NCBI RefSeq assembly: GCF_009914755.1
Contig: NC_060928.1
Source of the DNA: the human T2T-CHM13v2.0 reference genome, Homo sapiens
Length of the DNA: 64,000 nucleotides
Reading direction: 5' to 3' (one strand)
A program made the position numbers and the translations under genes. The notes under the pieces were generated by a model. That model was given only the letters and a program-made list of their open reading frames with translations. It made no database searches and had not been told where the DNA came from. Positions 26,205 through 40,200 of the stretch are shown here, piece by piece (the stretch's first letter is position 1; the number at the start of each line of letters is the position of its first letter).

Positions 26205-28245
26205 GTGGATATGTGGATAGCTCTGAAGATTTCGTTGGAAACGGGAATTTCTTCATATAAAATCAAACAGAAGCATTCTCAGAAACTTCTCAGTGATGTT
26301 TGCATTCAGCTCATGGGGTTGAACACTTCCTTTCATAGAGCCGGTTTGAAACACTCTTTCTGCACTACCTGGAAGAGGACATTTCGAGCGCTTTGAGTCC
26401 TATGGTGAAAAAGGAAATATCTTCTCATAAAAACCAGAAAGAAACATTCTCAGAAACTTCTTTGTGTTGTGTGTACTCATGTAACAGTGTTGAACCATCC
26501 TTTTGACAGAGCAGTTTTGAAACACTCTTTTTGTAGAATCTGCAAGTGGATATTTGGATAGCTTTCAGGATTTCGTTGGAAACGGGATGACATATAATAT
26601 GTAGAGAGAAGCATTCTCAGGAACTTCTTTGTGATGTTTGCATTCAAGTCACAGAATTGAACATTCCCTTTCATAGAGCAGGTTTGAAACACTCTTTCTC
26701 TAGTATCTGGAAGTGGGCATTTCAAGCGCTTTCAGGCCTATGGAGAGAAAGGAAATACCTTCAAATAAAAACTAGACAGAAGCATTCTCAGAAACTTATT
26801 TGTGATGTGTGTCCTCAACTAACAGAGTTGAACCTTTGTTTTGATACAGCATTTTGGAAACACTCCTTTTGTAGAATCTGCAGGTGGATATTTGGATAAC
26901 TTTGAAGATTTCGTTGGAAACCGGAATATCTTCATATAAAATCAAGACAGAAGCATTCTCGGAAACATCTCTGTGATGTTTACATTCCACTCATAGAGTT
27001 GAAAACTTCCTTTCATAGAGCAGGTTTGAAACACTCTTTTTGTAATATTTGGAAGTGGACATTTGCAGCGCTTTGAGGCCTATGGTGAAAAAGGAAATAT
27101 CTTCTCATAAAAACCAGAAACAAGCATTCTCAGAAACTTCTTTTTGATGTGTGTACTCAAGTAACAGAGTTGAACCTTCCTTTTGACACAGCAGTTTTGA
27201 AACAATCTTTTTGTAGAATCTGCAAGTGGATATTTGGATAGCTTTGAGGATTTCGTTGGAAACGGGTTATCTTCATATAAAATCTAGACAGAAGCATTCT
27301 CAGAAACTTCTTTGTGCTGTATGTCCTCAATTAACAGAGTTGAACCATTGCTTGGATACAGCATTTTGGAAACATTCCTTGAGTAGAATCTGCAAGTTGA
27401 TATTTAGATAGATTTGAAGATTTCGTTGGAAAAGGGAATATCTCCATATAAAATCTAGAGGGAAGCATTCTCAGAAACTGCTTTGTGATGTTTCCATTCA
27501 AGTCACAGAGTTGAATATTCCCTTTTATAGAGCACGTTTGAAACACTCTTTCTGCACTATCTGGAAGTGGACATTTCGAGCGCTTTGAGGCCTATGGTGA
27601 AAAAGGAAATATCTTCCCATAAAAACTAGACAGAAGCATTCTCAGAAACTTGTTTGTGATGTGTGTATTCAACTAACAGAGTTGAACTTTTGTTTTTACA
27701 GAGCCATTTTAAAACACTCTTTTTGTGGAATCAGAAAGTGGATATTCGGATGGCTCTGAGGATTTCGTTGGAAGCGGGATTACATATAAAATCTAGAGAG
27801 AAGCATTCTCAGGAACTTCTTTGTGATGTTTGCATTGAAGTCACAGAATTGAACATTCACTTTGATAGAGCAGGTTTGAAACACTCATTCTGTAGTATCT
27901 GGAAGTGGACATTTCAAGCGCTTTCAGGCCTATGGTGAGAAAGGAAATATCTTCGAATAAAAACTAGACAGAAGCATCCTCAGAAACTTATTTGTGATGT
28001 GTGTCCTCAACTAACAGAGTTGAAACTTTGTTTTGATACAGCATTTTGGAAACACTCTTTTTGTAGAATCTGCAGGTGGATATTTGGATAGCTTAGAGGG
28101 ATTCGTTGGAAAGGGGATATCTTCATATAAAATCTAGACAGAAGCATTCTCAGAAACTTATTTGTGATGTGTGTCCTCAACTAACAGAGTTGAACCTTGG
28201 TTTTGATACAGCATTTTGGAAACGCTCCTTTTGTAGAATCTGCAG
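26205..28245 (+). repeat. Single 12-mer HOR variant (2041 bp)
   Basis: Landmark spacing 2041 bp; m5/m12 junction at ~26982. Confidence 0.95.
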
Positions 28246-31200
28246 GTGGATATGTGGATAGCTCTGAAGATTTCGTTGGAAACGGGAATTTCTTCATATA
28301 AAATCAAACAGAAGCATTCTCAGAAACTTCTCAGTGATGTTTGCATTCAGCTCATGGAGTTGAACACTTCCTTTCATAGAGCCGGTTTGAAACACTCTTT
28401 CTGCACTACCTGGAAGAGGACATTTCGAGCGCTTTGAGTCCTATGGTGAAAAAGGAAATATCTTCTCATAAAAACCAGAAAGAAGCATTCTCAGAAACTT
28501 CTTTGTGTTGTGTGTACTCATGTAACAGTGTTGAACCATCCTTTTGACAGAGCAGTTTTGAAACACTCTTTTTGTAGAATCTGCAAGTGGATATTTGGAT
28601 AGCTTTGAGGATTTCGTTGGAAACGGGATGACATATAATATCTAGAGAGAAGCATTCTCAGGAACTTCTTTGTGATGTTTGCATTCAAGTCACAGAATTG
28701 AACATTCCCTTTCATAGAGCAGGTTTGAAACACTCTTTCTCTAGTATCTGGAAGTGGGCATTTCAAGCGCTTTCAGGCCTATGGAGAGAAAGGAAATACC
28801 TTCAAATAAAAACTAGACAGAAGCATTCTCAGAAACTTATTTGTGATGTGTGTCCTCAACTAACAGAGTTGAACCTTTGTTTTGATACAGCATTTTGGAA
28901 ACACTCCTTTTGTAGAATCTGCAGGTGGATATTTGGATAACTTTGAAGATTTCGTTGGAAACCGGAATATCTTCATATAAAATCAAGACAGAAGCATTCT
29001 CGGAAACATCTCTGTGATGTTTGCATTCAACTCAGTAGAGTTGAACACTTCCTTCCATAGAGCCGGTTTGAAACACTCTTTCTGCACTACCTGGAAGCGG
29101 ACATTTCGAGCGCTTTGAGGCCTGTGGTGAAAAAGGAAATATCTTCTCATAAAAACCAGAAAGAAGCATTCTCAGAAACTTCTTTGTGTTGTGTGTACTC
29201 AAGTAACAGTGTTGAACCTTCCTTTTGACACAGCAGTTTTGAAACACTCTTTTGGTAGAATCTGCAAGTGGATATTTGGATAGCTTTGAGGATTTCGTTG
29301 GAAACGGGTTATCTTCATATAAAATCCAGACAGGAGCATTCTCAGAAACTTCTTTGTGCTGCATGTCCTCAATTCACAGAGCTGAACCTTTGTTTGGATA
29401 CAGCATTTTGGAAACATTCCTTTAGTAGAATCTGCAAGTTGATATTTAGATAGCTTTGAAGATTTCGTTGGAAACGGGAATATCTTCATAGAAAATCTAG
29501 ACGGAAGCATTCTCAGAAACTGCTTTGTGATGTTTGCATTCAAGTCACAGAGTTGAATATTCCCTTTTATAGAGTAGGTTTGAAACACTCTTTTGGCACT
29601 ACCTGGAAGTGGATATTTCGAGCTCTTTGAGGCCTATGGTTAAAAGGAAATATCTTCCCATAAAAACTAGACAGAAGCCGTCTCAGAAACTTGTTTGTGA
29701 TGTGTGTATTCAACTAACAGAGTTGAACATTTCTGTTACAGAGCAATTTTAAAACACTCTTTTTGTGGAATCTGAAAGTGGATAATTGGATAGCTTTGTG
29801 GATTTCGTTGGAAACGGGATGACGTATAAAATCTAGAGAGAAGCATTCTCAGGAACTTCTTTCTGATGTTTGCATTCAAGTCACAGAATTGAACATTCCT
29901 TTTCATAGTGCAGGTTTGAAACACTCTTTCTGTAGTATCTGGAAGTGGACATTTCAAGCGCTTTCAGGCCTACGGGGAGAAAGGAAATATCTTCAAATAA
30001 AAACTAGACAGAAGGATTCTCAGAAACTTATTTGTGATGTGTGCCCTAAACGAACACAGTTGAACCTTTGTTTTGATACAGCATTTTGGAAACACTCCTT
30101 TTGTAGGATCTGCAGGTGGATATTTGGATAGATTTTAAGATTTCGTTGGAAACGGGAGTTTCTTCATAGAAACTCAAGACAGATGCATTCTCAGAAACAT
30201 CTCTGTGATGTTTGCATTCCACTCATAGAGTTGAAAACTTCCTTTCATAGAGCAGGTTTGAAACACTCTTTTTGTAATATTTGGAAGTGGACATTTGCAG
30301 CGCTTTGAGGCCTATGGTGAAAAAGGAAATATCTTCCCATAAAAACTAGACAGAAGCATTCTCAGAAACTTGTTTGTGATGTGTGTATTCAACTAACAGA
30401 GTTGAACTTTTGTTTTTACAGAGCCGTTTTAAAACACTCTTTTTGTGGAATCAGAAAGTGGATATTCGGATGGCTCTGAGGATTTCGTTGGAAGCGGGAT
30501 TACATATAAAATCTAGAGAGAAGCATCCTCAGGAACTTCTTTGTGATGTTTGCATTGAAGTCACAGAATTGAACATTCACTTTGATAGAGCAGGTTTGAA
30601 ACACTCATTCTGTAGTATCTGGAAGTGGACATTTCAAGCGCTTTCAGGCCTATGGTGAGAAAGGAAATATCTTCGAATAAAAACTAGACAGAAGCATCCT
30701 CAGAAACTTATTTGTGATGTGTGTCCTCAACTAACAGAGTTGAAACTTTGTTTTGATACAGCATTTTGGAAACACTCTTTTTGTAGAATCTGCAGGTGGA
30801 TATTTGGATAGCTTAGAGGGATTCGTTGGAAAGGGGATATCTTCATATAAAATCTAGACAGAAGCATTCTCAGAAACTTATTTGTGATGTGTGTCCTCAA
30901 CTAACAGAGTTGAACCTTGGTTTTGATACAGCATTTTGGAAACACTCCTTTTGTAGAATCTGCAGGTGGATATGTGGATAGCTCTGAAGATTTCGTTGGA
31001 AACGGGAATTTCTTCATATAAAATCAAACAGAAGCATTCTCAGAAACTTCTCAGTGATGTTTGCATTCAGCTCATGGAGTTGAACACTTCCTTTCATAGA
31101 GCCGGTTTGAAACACTCTTTCTGCACTACCTGGAAGAGGACATTTCGAGCGCTTTGAGTCCTATGGTGAAAAAGGAAATATCTTCTCATAAAAACCAGAA

Positions 31201-34200
31201 AGAAGCATTCTCAGAAACTTCTTTGTGTTGTGTGTACTCATGTAACAGTGTTGAACCATCCTTTTGACAGAGCAGTTTTGAAACACTCTTTTTGTAGAAT
31301 CTGCAAGTGGATATTTGGATAGCTTTGAGGATTTCGTTGGAAACGGGATGACATATAATCTCTAGAGAGAAGCATACTCAGGAACTTCTTTGTGATGTTT
31401 GCATTCAAGTCACAGAATTGAACATTCCCTTTCATAGAGCAGGTTTGAAACACTCTTTCTCTAGTATCTGGAAGTGGGCATTTCAAGCGCTTTCAGGCCT
31501 ATGGAGAGAAAGGAAATACCTTCAAATAAAAACTAGACAGAAGCATTCTCAGAAACTTATTTGTGATGTGTGTCCTCAACTAACAGAGTTGAACCTTTGT
31601 TTTGATACAGCATTTTGGAAACACTCCTTTTGTAGAATCTGCAGGTGGATATTTGGATAACTTTGAAGATTTCGTTGGAAACCGAAATATCTTCATATAA
31701 AATCAAGACAGAAGCATTCTCGGAAACATCTCTGTGATGTTTGCATTCAACTCAGTAGAGTTGAACACTTCCTTTCATAGAGCAGGTTTGAAACACTCTT
31801 TCTGCACTACCTGGAAGCGGACATTTCGAGCGCTTTGAGGCCTATGGTGAAAAAGGAAATATCTTCTCATAAAAACCAGAAAGAAGCATTCTCAGAAACT
31901 TCTTTGTGTTGTGTGTACTCAAGTAACAGTGTTGAACCTTCCTTTTGACACAGCAGTTTTGAAACACTCTTTTGGTAGAATCTGCAAGTGGATATTTGGA
32001 TAGCTTTGAGGATTTCGTTGGAAACGGGTTATCTTCATATAAAATCCAGACAGGAGCATTCTCAGAAACTTCTTTGTGCTGCATGTCCTCAATTCACAGA
32101 GCTGAACCTTTGTTTGGATACAGCATTTTGGAAACATTCCTTGAGTAGAATCTGCAAGTTGATATTTAGATAGCTTTGAAGATTTCGTTGGAAACGGGAA
32201 TATCTTCATAGAAAATCTAGACGGAAGCATTCTCAGAAACTGCTTTGTGATGTTTGCATTCAAGTCACAGAGTTGAATATTCCCTTTTATAGAGTAGGTT
32301 TGAAACACTCTTTTGGCACTACCTGGAAGTGGATATTTCGAGCTCTTTGAGGCCTATGGTTAAAAGGAAATATCTTCCCATAAAAACTAGACAGAAGCCG
32401 TCTCAGAAACTTGTTTGTGATGTGTGTATTCAACTAACAGAGTTGAACATTTCTGTTACAGAGCAATTTTAAAACACTCTTTTTGTGGAATCTGAAAGTG
32501 GATAATTGGATAGCTTTGTGGATTTCGTTGGAAACGGGATGACGTATAAAATCTAGAGAGAAGCATTCTCAGGAACTTCTTTCTGATGTTTGCATTCAAG
32601 TCACAGAATTGAACATTCCTTTTCATAGTGCAGGTTTGAAACACTCTTTCTGTAGTATCTGGAAGTGGACATTTCAAGCGCTTTCAGGCCTACGGGGAGA
32701 AAGGAAATATCTTCAAATAAAAACTAGACAGAAGGATTCTCAGAAACTTATTTGTGATGTGTGCCCTAAACGAACACAGTTGAACCTTTGTTTTGATACA
32801 GCATTTTGGAAACACTCCTTTTGTAGGATCTGCAGGTGGATATTTGGATAGATTTTAAGATTTCGTTGGAAACGGGAGTTTCTTCATAGAAACTCAAGAC
32901 AGATGCATTCTCAGAAACATCTCTGTGATGTTTGCATTCCACTCATAGAGTTGAAAACTTCCTTTCATAGAGCAGGTTTGAAACACTCTTTTTGTAATAT
33001 TTGGAAGTGGACATTTGCAGCGCTTTGAGGCCTATGGTGAAAAAGGAAATATCTTCCCATAAAAACTAGACAGAAGCATTCTCAGAAACTTGTTTGTGAT
33101 GTGTGTATTCAACTAACAGAGTTGAACTTTTGTTTTTACAGAGCCGTTTTAAAACACTCTTTTTGTGGAATCAGAAAGTGGATATTCGGATGGCTCTGAG
33201 GATTTCGTTGGAAGCGGGATTACATATAAAATCTAGAGAGAAGCATTCTCAGGAACTTCTTTGTGATGTTTGCATTGAAGTCACAGAATTGAACATTCAC
33301 TTTGATAGAGCAGGTTTGAAACACTCATTCTGTAGTATCTGGAAGTGGACATTTCAAGCGCTTTCAGGCCTATGGTGAGAAAGGAAATATCTTCGAATAA
33401 AAACTAGACAGAAGCATCCTCAGAAACTTATTTGTGATGTGTGTCCTCAACTAACAGAGTTGAAACTTTGTTTTGATACAGCATTTTGGAAACACTCTTT
33501 TTGTAGAATCTGCAGGTGGATATTTGGATAGCTTAGAGGGATTCGTTGGAAAGGGGATATCTTCATATAAAATCTAGACAGAAGCATTCTCAGAAACTTA
33601 TTTGTGATGTGTGTCCTCAACTAACAGAGTTGAACCTTGGTTTTGATACAGCAGTTTGGAAACACTCCTTTTGTAGAATCTGCAGGTGGATATGTGGATA
33701 GCTCTGAAGATTTCGTTGGAAACGGGAATTTCTTCATATAAAATCAAACAGAAGCATTCTCAGAAACTTCTCAGTGATGTTTGCATTCAGCTCATGGAGT
33801 TGAACACTTCCTTTCATAGAGCCGGTTTGAAACACTCTTTCTGCACTACCTGGAAGAGGACATTTCGAGCGCTTTGAGTCCTATGGTGAAAAAGGAAATA
33901 TCTTCTCATAAAAACCAGAAAGAAGCATTCTCAGAAACTTCTTTGTGTTGTGTGTACTCATGTAACAGTGTTGAACCATCCTTTTGACAGAGCAGTTTTG
34001 AAACACTCTTTTTGTAGAATCTGCAAGTGGATATTTGGATAGCTTTGAGGATTTCGTTGGAAACGGGATGACATATAATATCTAGAGAGAAGCATTCTCA
34101 GGAACTTCTTTGTGATGTTTGCATTCAAGTCACAGAATTGAACATTCCCTTTCATAGAGCAGGTTTGAAACACTCTTTCTCTAGTATCTGGAAGTGGGCA

Positions 34201-37200
34201 TTTCAAGCGCTTTCAGGCCTATGGAGAGAAAGGAAATACCTTCAAATAAAAACTAGACAGAAGCATTCTCAGAAACTTATTTGTGATGTGTGTCCTCAAC
34301 TAACAGAGTTGAACCTTTGTTTTGATACAGCATTTTGGAAACACTCCTTTTGTAGAATCTGCAGGTGGATATTTGGATAACTTTGAAGATTTCGTTGGAA
34401 ACCGGAATATCTTCATATAAAATCAAGACAGAAGCATTCTCGGAAACATCTCTGTGATGTTTGCATTCAACTCAGTAGAGTTGAACACTTCCTTCCATAG
34501 AGCCGGTTTGAAACACTCTTTCTGCACTACCTGGAAGCGGACATTTCGAGCGCTTTGAGGCCTATGGTGAAAAAGGAAATATCTTCTCATAAAAACCAGA
34601 AAGAAGCATTCTCAGAAACTTCTTTGTGTTGTGTGTACTCAAGTAACAGTGTTGAACCTTCCTTTTGACACAGCAGTTTTGAAACACTCTTTTGGTAGAA
34701 TCTGCAAGTGGATATTTGGATAGCTTTGAGGATTTCGTTGGAAACGGGTTATCTTCATATAAAATCCAGACAGGAGCATTCTCAGAAACTTCTTTGTGCT
34801 GCATGTCCTCAATTCACAGAGCTGAACCTTTGTTTGGATACAGCATTTTGGAAACATTCCTTTAGTAGAATCTGCAAGTTGATATTTAGATAGCTTTGAA
34901 GATTTCGTTGGAAACGGGAATATCTTCATAGAAAATCTAGACGGAAGCATTCTCAGAAACTGCTTTGTGATGTTTGCATTCAAGTCACAGAGTTGAATAT
35001 TCCCTTTTATAGAGTAGGTTTGAAACACTCTTTTGGCACTACCTGGAAGTGGATATTTCGAGCTCTTTGAGGCCTATGGTTAAAAGGAAATATCTTCCCA
35101 TAAAAACTAGACAGAAGCCGTCTCAGAAACTTGTTTGTGATGTGTGTATTCAACTAACAGAGTTGAACATTTCTGTTACAGAGCAATTTTAAAACACTCT
35201 TTTTGTGGAATCTGAAAGTGGATAATTGGATAGCTTTGTGGATTTCGTTGGAAACGGGATGACGTATAAAATCTAGAGAGAAGCATTCTCAGGAACTTCT
35301 TTCTGATGTTTGCATTCAAGTCACAGAATTGAACATTCCTTTTCATAGTGCAGGTTTGAAACACTCTTTCTGTAGTATCTGGAAGTGGACATTTCAAGCG
35401 CTTTCAGGCCTACGGGGAGAAAGGAAATATCTTCAAATAAAAACTAGACAGAAGGATTCTCAGAAACTTATTTGTGATGTGTGCCCTAAACGAACACAGT
35501 TGAACCTTTGTTTTGATACAGCATTTTGGAAACACTCCTTTTGTAGGATCTGCAGGTGGATATTTGGATAGATTTTAAGATTTCGTTGGAAACGGGAGTT
35601 TCTTCATAGAAACTCAAGACAGATGCATTCTCAGAAACATCTCTGTGATGTTTGCATTCCACTCATAGAGTTGAAAACTTCCTTTCATAGAGCAGGTTTG
35701 AAACACTCTTTTTGTAATATTTGGAAGTGGACATTTGCAGCGCTTTGAGGCCTATGGTGAAAAAGGAAATATCTTCCCATAAAAACTAGACAGAAGCATT
35801 CTCAGAAACTTGTTTGTGATGTGTGTATTCAACTAACAGAGTTGAACTTTTGTTTTTACAGAGCCGTTTTAAAACACTCTTTTTGTGGAATCAGAAAGTG
35901 GATATTCGGATGGCTCTGAGGATTTCGTTGGAAGCGGGATTACATATAAAATCTAGAGAGAAGCATTCTCAGGAACTTCTTTGTGATGTTTGCATTGAAG
36001 TCACAGAATTGAACATTCACTTTGATAGAGCAGGTTTGAAACACTCATTCTGTAGTATCTGGAAGTGGACATTTCAAGCGCTTTCAGGCCTATGGTGAGA
36101 AAGGAAATATCTTCGAATAAAAACTAGACAGAAGCATCCTCAGAAACTTATTTGTGATGTGTGTCCTCAACTAACAGAGTTGAAACTTTGTTTTGATACA
36201 GCATTTTGGAAACACTCTTTTTGTAGAATCTGCAGGTGGATATTTGGATAGCTTAGAGGGATTCGTTGGAAAGGGGATATCTTCATATAAAATCTAGACA
36301 GAAGCATTCTCAGAAACTTATTTGTGATGTGTGTCCTCAACTAACAGAGTTGAACCTTGGTTTTGATACAGCATTTTGGAAACACTCCTTTTGTAGAATC
36401 TGCAGGTGGATATGTGGATAGCTCTGAAGATTTCGTTGGAAACGGGAATTTCTTCATATAAAATCAAACAGAAGCATTCTCAGAAACTTCTCAGTGATGT
36501 TTGCATTCAGCTCATGGAGTTGAACACTTCCTTTCATAGAGCCGGTTTGAAACACTCTTTCTGCACTACCTGGAAGAGGACATTTCGAGCGCTTTGAGTC
36601 CTATGGTGAAAAAGGAAATATCTTCTCATAAAAACCAGAAAGAAGCATTCTCAGAAACTTCTTTGTGTTGTGTGTACTCATGTAACAGTGTTGAACCATC
36701 CTTTTGACAGAGCAGTTTTGAAACACTCTTTTTGTAGAATCTGCAAGTGGATATTTGGATAGCTTTCAGGATTTCGTTGGAAACGGGATGACATATAATA
36801 TCTAGAGAGAAGCATACTCAGGAACTTCTTTGTGATGTTTGCATTCAAGTCACAGAATTGAACATTCCCTTTCATAGAGCAGGTTTGAAACACTCTTTCT
36901 CTAGTATCTGGAAGTGGGCATTTCAAGCGCTTTCAGGCCTACGGAGAGAAAGGAAATACCTTCAAATAAAAACTAGACAGAAGCATTCTCAGAAACTTAT
37001 TTGTGATGTGTGTCCTCAACTAACAGAGTTGAACCTTTGTTTTGATACAGCATTTTGGAAACACTCCTTTTGTAGAATCTGCAGGTGGATATTTGGATAA
37101 CTTTGAAGATTTCGTTGGAAACCGGAATATCTTCATATAAAATCAAGACAGAAGCATTCTCGGAAACATCTCTGTGATGTTTGCATTCAACTCAGTAGAG

Positions 37201-40200
37201 TTGAACACTTCCTTTCATAGAGCAGGTTTGAAACACTCTTTCTGCACTACCTGGAAGCGGACATTTCGAGCGCTTTGAGGCCTATGGTGAAAAAGGAAAT
37301 ATCTTCTCATAAAAACCAGAAAGAAGCATTCTCAGAAACTTCTTTGTGTTGTGTGTACTCAAGTAACAGTGTTGAACCTTCCTTTTGACACAGCAGTTTT
37401 GAAACACTCTTTTGGTAGAATCTGCAAGTGGATATTTGGATAGCTTTGAGGATTTCGTTGGAAACGGGTTATCTTCATATAAAATCCAGACAGGAGCATT
37501 CTCAGAAACTTCTTTGTGCTGCATGTCCTCAATTCACAGAGCTGAACCTTTGTTTGGATACAGCATTTTGGAAACATTCCTTTAGTAGAATCTGCAAGTT
37601 GATATTTAGATAGCTTTGAAGATTTCGTTGGAAACGGGAATATCTTCATAGAAAATCTAGACGGAAGCATTCTCAGAAACTGCTTTGTGATGTTTGCATT
37701 CAAGTCACAGAGTTGAATATTCCCTTTTATAGAGTAGGTTTGAAACACTCTTTTGGCACTACCTGGAAGTGGATATTTCGAGCTCTTTGAGGCCTATGGT
37801 TAAAAGGAAATATCTTCCCATAAAAACTAGACAGAAGCCGTCTCAGAAACTTGTTTGTGATGTGTGTATTCAACTAACAGAGTTGAACATTTCTGTTACA
37901 GAGCAATTTTAAAACACTCTTTTTGTGGAATCTGAAAGTGGATAATTGGATAGCTTTGTGGATTTCGTTGGAAACGGGATGACGTATAAAATCTAGAGAG
38001 AAGCATTCTCAGGAACTTCTTTCTGATGTTTGCATTCAAGTCACAGAATTGAACATTCCTTTTCATAGTGCAGGTTTGAAACACTCTTTCTGTAGTATCT
38101 GGAAGTGGACATTTCAAGCGCTTTCAGGCCTACGGGGAGAAAGGAAATATCTTCAAATAAAAACTAGACAGAAGGATTCTCAGAAACTTATTTGTGATGT
38201 GTGCCCTAAACGAACACAGTTGAACCTTTGTTTTGATACAGCATTTTGGAAACACTCCTTTTGTAGGATCTGCAGGTGGATATTTGGATAGATTTTAAGA
38301 TTTCGTTGGAAACGGGAGTTTCTTCATAGAAACTCAAGACAGATGCATTCTCAGAAACATCTCTGTGATGTTTGCATTCCACTCATAGAGTTGAAAACTT
38401 CCTTTCATAGAGCAGGTTTGAAACACTCTTTTTGTAATATTTGGAAGTGGACATTTGCAGCGCTTTGAGGCCTATGGTGAAAAAGGAAATATCTTCCCAT
38501 AAAAACTAGACAGAAGCATTCTCAGAAACTTGTTTGTGATGTGTGTATTCAACTAACAGAGTTGAACTTTTGTTTTTACAGAGCCGTTTTAAAACACTCT
38601 TTTTGTGGAATCAGAAAGTGGATATTCGGATGGCTCTGAGGATTTCGTTGGAAGCGGGATTACATATAAAATCTAGAGAGAAGTATCCTCAGGAACTTCT
38701 TTGTGATGTTTGCATTGAAGTCACAGAATTGAACATTCACTTTGATAGAGCAGGTTTGAAACACTCATTCTGTAGTATCTGGAAGTGGACATTTCAAGCG
38801 CTTTCAGGCCTATGGTGAGAAAGGAAATATCTTCGAATAAAAACTAGACAGAAGCATCCTCAGAAACTTATTTGTGATGTGTGTCCTCAACTAACAGAGT
38901 TGAAACTTTGTTTTGATACAGCATTTTGGAAACACTCTTTTTGTAGAATCTGCAGGTGGATATTTGGATAGCTTAGAGGGATTCGTTGGAAAGGGGATAT
39001 CTTCATATAAAATCTAGACAGAAGCATTCTCAGAAACTTATTTGTGATGTGTGTCCTCAACTAACAGAGTTGAACCTTGGTTTTGATACAGCATTTTGGA
39101 AACACTCCTTTTGTAGAATCTGCAGGTGGATATGTGGATAGCTCTGAAGATTTCGTTGGAAACGGGAATTTCTTCATATAAAATCAAACAGAAGCATTCT
39201 CAGAAACTTCTCAGTGATGTTTGCATTCAGCTCATGGAGTTGAACACTTCCTTTCATAGAGCCGGTTTGAAACACTCTTTCTGCACTACCTGGAAGAGGA
39301 CATTTCGAGCGCTTTGAGTCCTATGGTGAAAAAGGAAATATCTTCTCATAAAAACCAGAAAGAAGCATTCTCAGAAACTTCTTTGTGTTGTGTGTACTCA
39401 TGTAACAGTGTTGAACCATCCTTTTGACAGAGCAGTTTTGAAACACTCTTTTTGTAGAATCTGCAAGTGGATATTTGGATAGCTTTGAGGATTTCGTTGG
39501 AAACGGGATGACATATAATCTCTAGAGAGAAGCATACTCAGGAACTTCTTTGTGATGTTTGCATTCAAGTCACAGAATTGAACATTCCCTTTCATAGAGC
39601 AGGTTTGAAACACTCTTTCTCTAGTATCTGGAAGTGGGCATTTCAAGCGCTTTCAGGCCTATGGAGAGAAAGGAAATACCTTCAAATAAAAACTAGACAG
39701 AAGCATTCTCAGAAACTTATTTGTGATGTGTGTCCTCAACTAACAGAGTTGAACCTTTGTTTTGATACAGCATTTTGGAAACACTCCTTTTGTAGAATCT
39801 GCAGGTGGATATTTGGATAACTTTGAAGATTTCGTTGGAAACCGGAATATCTTCATATAAAATCAAGACAGAAGCATTCTCGGAAACATCTCTGTGATGT
39901 TTGCATTCAACTCAGTAGAGTTGAACACTTCCTTTCATAGAGCAGGTTTGAAACACTCTTTCTGCACTACCTGGAAGCGGACATTTCGAGCGCTTTGAGG
40001 CCTATGGTGAAAAAGGAAATATCTTCTCATAAAAACCAGAAAGAAGCATTCTCAGAAACTTCTTTGTGTTGTGTGTACTCAAGTAACAGTGTTGAACCTT
40101 CCTTTTGACACAGCAGTTTTGAAACACTCTTTTGGTAGAATCTGCAAGTGGATATTTGGATAGCTTTGAGGATTTCGTTGGAAACGGGTTATCTTCATAT

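Noticed and set aside
29032-29364. Extended 110 aa ORF, and similar one-off ORF changes at 25927 and 55377
   Set aside because: Caused by single SNVs or the 2 bp deletion removing stops or shifting frame in satellite DNA; no coding evidence.
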